From the NCBI GenBank assembly GCA_977016875.1, contig CDRNST010000054.1, positions 682,001 through 746,000 on the forward strand: DNA of 64,000 nucleotides. Direction: 5' to 3'. The notes under the pieces were generated by a model. The model searched no databases and had not been told where the DNA came from. It worked only from the letters and a program-made list of their open reading frames with translations. Of this stretch, positions 62,089 to 64,000 are shown in pieces. Numbering within the stretch: position 1 is the stretch's first letter; the number at the start of each line of letters is the position of its first letter. The DNA comes from Pavona decussata. Its lineage: Eukaryota. A program made the position numbers and the translations under genes.

Positions 62089-64000
62089 ATGCAAGGTGTT
62101 AGCGGTCACGCATATCTTTACCGCTTTGAAAATCCTACCAATAGTCTTCATCCACACCTCATTACAATCAACACCTACGCCGAGGATTTAGTGATCTGTT
62201 CCTTAAATGTGCGAGGGCTGTCGAATACCATGAAAAGGCGTGAGACCTTTCGCTGGCTCAAGTTAAAAAACTACGCAATTTATTTTCTTCAAGAAGTTCA
62301 TTGTACTAAAGAGAAAGAGATCTTGTGGACTTCAGAATGGGGTTTCTCAGCTGTTTTTAGCAGCTATTCAAGTGCTAGTGCCGGAACTTGTATACTTTTT
62401 AACAATAATTTTGAACACAAAATTCTGAAACAATTCTCTGATCCAGAGGGAAGATTTGTCATAGTAGACATCAAAACAGAGGATAAGACTTTGACCTTAG
62501 TAAATGTTTATGCGCCAAATGACGATAACCCCACCTTCTTTAAAAGTGTGCTCAATCAGCTTCTCTCTTTCGACTGCGAAGAGATAGTCCTCGGAGGTGA
62601 TTATAACTTGGTCCTGGAAGTTGAAAAAGACAAATCTGGGGGAAACCCGACCACTCATAAAAATTCGTTAAAAGAAGTTCGGTACATTGCTAGCCTGTTA
62701 GATTTAGTAGATATCTGGCGTGCCCTTAATCCAGATGTCAAACGATTCACCTGGAGAAGGAGGAAACCCGATGTGAACTGTCGTTTAGACTTCTTTTTGA
62801 CCAGTTCCAGTTTAAGTACAACGATTACAAAAGCGGACATTCTACCTGGCTATAAAACTGACCATTCTCTAATAACACTACATCTCGCAAATAATAAAAA
62901 TCCTAGGGGACCAGGTTTCTGGAAACTGAATACCTCCTTCTTGTTAGATAGCGAGTATGTTGACTTAATCAAGGAAACAATCAATGATGTGGCGAATGAT
63001 TACAAAAATGACACAGAGGTTGACGCCGTTCTCCTTTGGGACACTATGAAAATGCAAATTCGATCAAGCTCCCTTCACTACGCAAAGAAAAAGAAAACCA
63101 AAATGAAATCACAGGAGTCAAGCTTAGAAACCGATATATTATCTCTTCAAAAGAAACTGGAAGAAAACAATCTCTCGGAAACAGACAAAACTAACATTTC
63201 TAACGAATTAGATATTAAGATTCTCCAGAAAGAAGAAATATCGAAATATAAAACCCGTGGAACAATTATAAGATCCAAGTCTCGCTGGTATAATGAAGGA
63301 GAAAAAAACACAAAATATTTTCTGAATTTGGAAAAAAGACATTTTAATAAAAAAACCATTAAAAACCTTCAGCTAGATGACAATAGTACCATTAAGACGG
63401 ACACTGAGATATTAAAAGAGGCAAAATCCTTCTACCAATCACTGTATTCTTCCTGCAATCCACAAGTTAATGCAGAGCTTGAGGACATCTTTTTCCCAGA
63501 AGGAAATACCCTGTTGCTAGAGGCGCACGAACAAAAAGAATGCGAAGGTCTATTGACCGAAGCTGAATGCTTAGAAAGCCTGAAATCAATGGAAGCAAAC
63601 AAAAGCCCTGGAAGTGACGGCCTCCCAGCCGAATTTTACAAGGTTTTCTGGAAAGACATACATCATTATCTTCTAAACGCACTAAATTGTGCATATGCAA
63701 ACGGCCTTCTATCAATTACTCAAAGGAGAGGATTAATCACCCTCATACCAAAGAAGAACAAACCTGCTCATTTCTTAAAGAACTGGAGACCAATTACACT
63801 TCTTAATTGTGATTGCAAAATAGCAGCCAAATCCATTGCTAATCGAGTACGTAAAGTCCTACCAAAGATAATCAACAACGATCAGACCGGCTTTTTAAAA
63901 AACAGATTTATTGGAGAGAACATCAGACTTCTCGATAGTATAATAAATTACACAGATACAGAACAAATCCCTGGCCTTCTATTATTTGTCGACTTCGAGA
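62089..64000 (+). CDS. LINE ORF2p (APE endonuclease + start of RT), partial
   Basis: SLNVRGL, FLQEVH, NVYAPN, GGDYN, RLDFFL, TDH; KSPGSDGL, NWRPITLLN, LFVDFE; no stop seen to the window end. Confidence 0.93.
   Translation, partial: MQGVSGHAYLYRFENPTNSLHPHLITINTYAEDLVICSLNVRGLSNTMKRRETFRWLKLKNYAIYFLQEVHCTKEKEILWTSEWGFSAVFSSYSSASAGTCILFNNNFEHKILKQFSDPEGRFVIVDIKTEDKTLTLVNVYAPNDDNPTFFKSVLNQLLSFDCEEIVLGGDYNLVLEVEKDKSGGNPTTHKNSLKEVRYIASLLDLVDIWRALNPDVKRFTWRRRKPDVNCRLDFFLTSSSLSTTITKADILPGYKTDHSLITLHLANNKNPRGPGFWKLNTSFLLDSEYVDLIKETINDVANDYKNDTEVDAVLLWDTMKMQIRSSSLHYAKKKKTKMKSQESSLETDILSLQKKLEENNLSETDKTNISNELDIKILQKEEISKYKTRGTIIRSKSRWYNEGEKNTKYFLNLEKRHFNKKTIKNLQLDDNSTIKTDTEILKEAKSFYQSLYSSCNPQVNAELEDIFFPEGNTLLLEAHEQKECEGLLTEAECLESLKSMEANKSPGSDGLPAEFYKVFWKDIHHYLLNALNCAYANGLLSITQRRGLITLIPKKNKPAHFLKNWRPITLLNCDCKIAAKSIANRVRKVLPKIINNDQTGFLKNRFIGENIRLLDSIINYTDTEQIPGLLLFVDFE

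Larger units (their letters stand above)
60557..64000 (+). mobile_element. L1/Tx1-clade LINE with 5' end present, runs off the window
   Basis: GC-rich 5'UTR with CATGGCCG, ORF1, spacer, uninterrupted ORF2. Confidence 0.92.

Overview
Eukaryotic, AT-rich, intron-containing DNA. The repeat families and host-gene types suggest a scleractinian coral or other cnidarian (inference). The left ~38 kb is a densely nested pile of transposons: a hAT element with an open frame, a chromodomain remnant, a Mutator/Phantom element, an intron-rich RAG1/Transib-like DDE transposase pseudogene, a Ulp1-like gene split by a full Gypsy LTR element, BEL/Pao, ISL2EU (THAP-DDE plus SAP-SWIM-YqaJ), DIRS, Cryptons, and a Penelope element with a hammerhead ribozyme. 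The Gypsy element contains an ORF1-only (HAL1-like) retroposon, and a 3.3-kb internal inversion between CTTAA/TTAAG microhomologies splits and fuses both elements. The right part holds two host loci: an apparently intact, spliced, secreted Ly6/uPAR (three-finger) gene with two 12-Cys domains, and a PAN + fibrinogen-like pseudogene. It also holds many MITEs and an apparently intact L1/Tx1 LINE running off the right edge. All calls come from manual translation and motif recognition; no searches were run.
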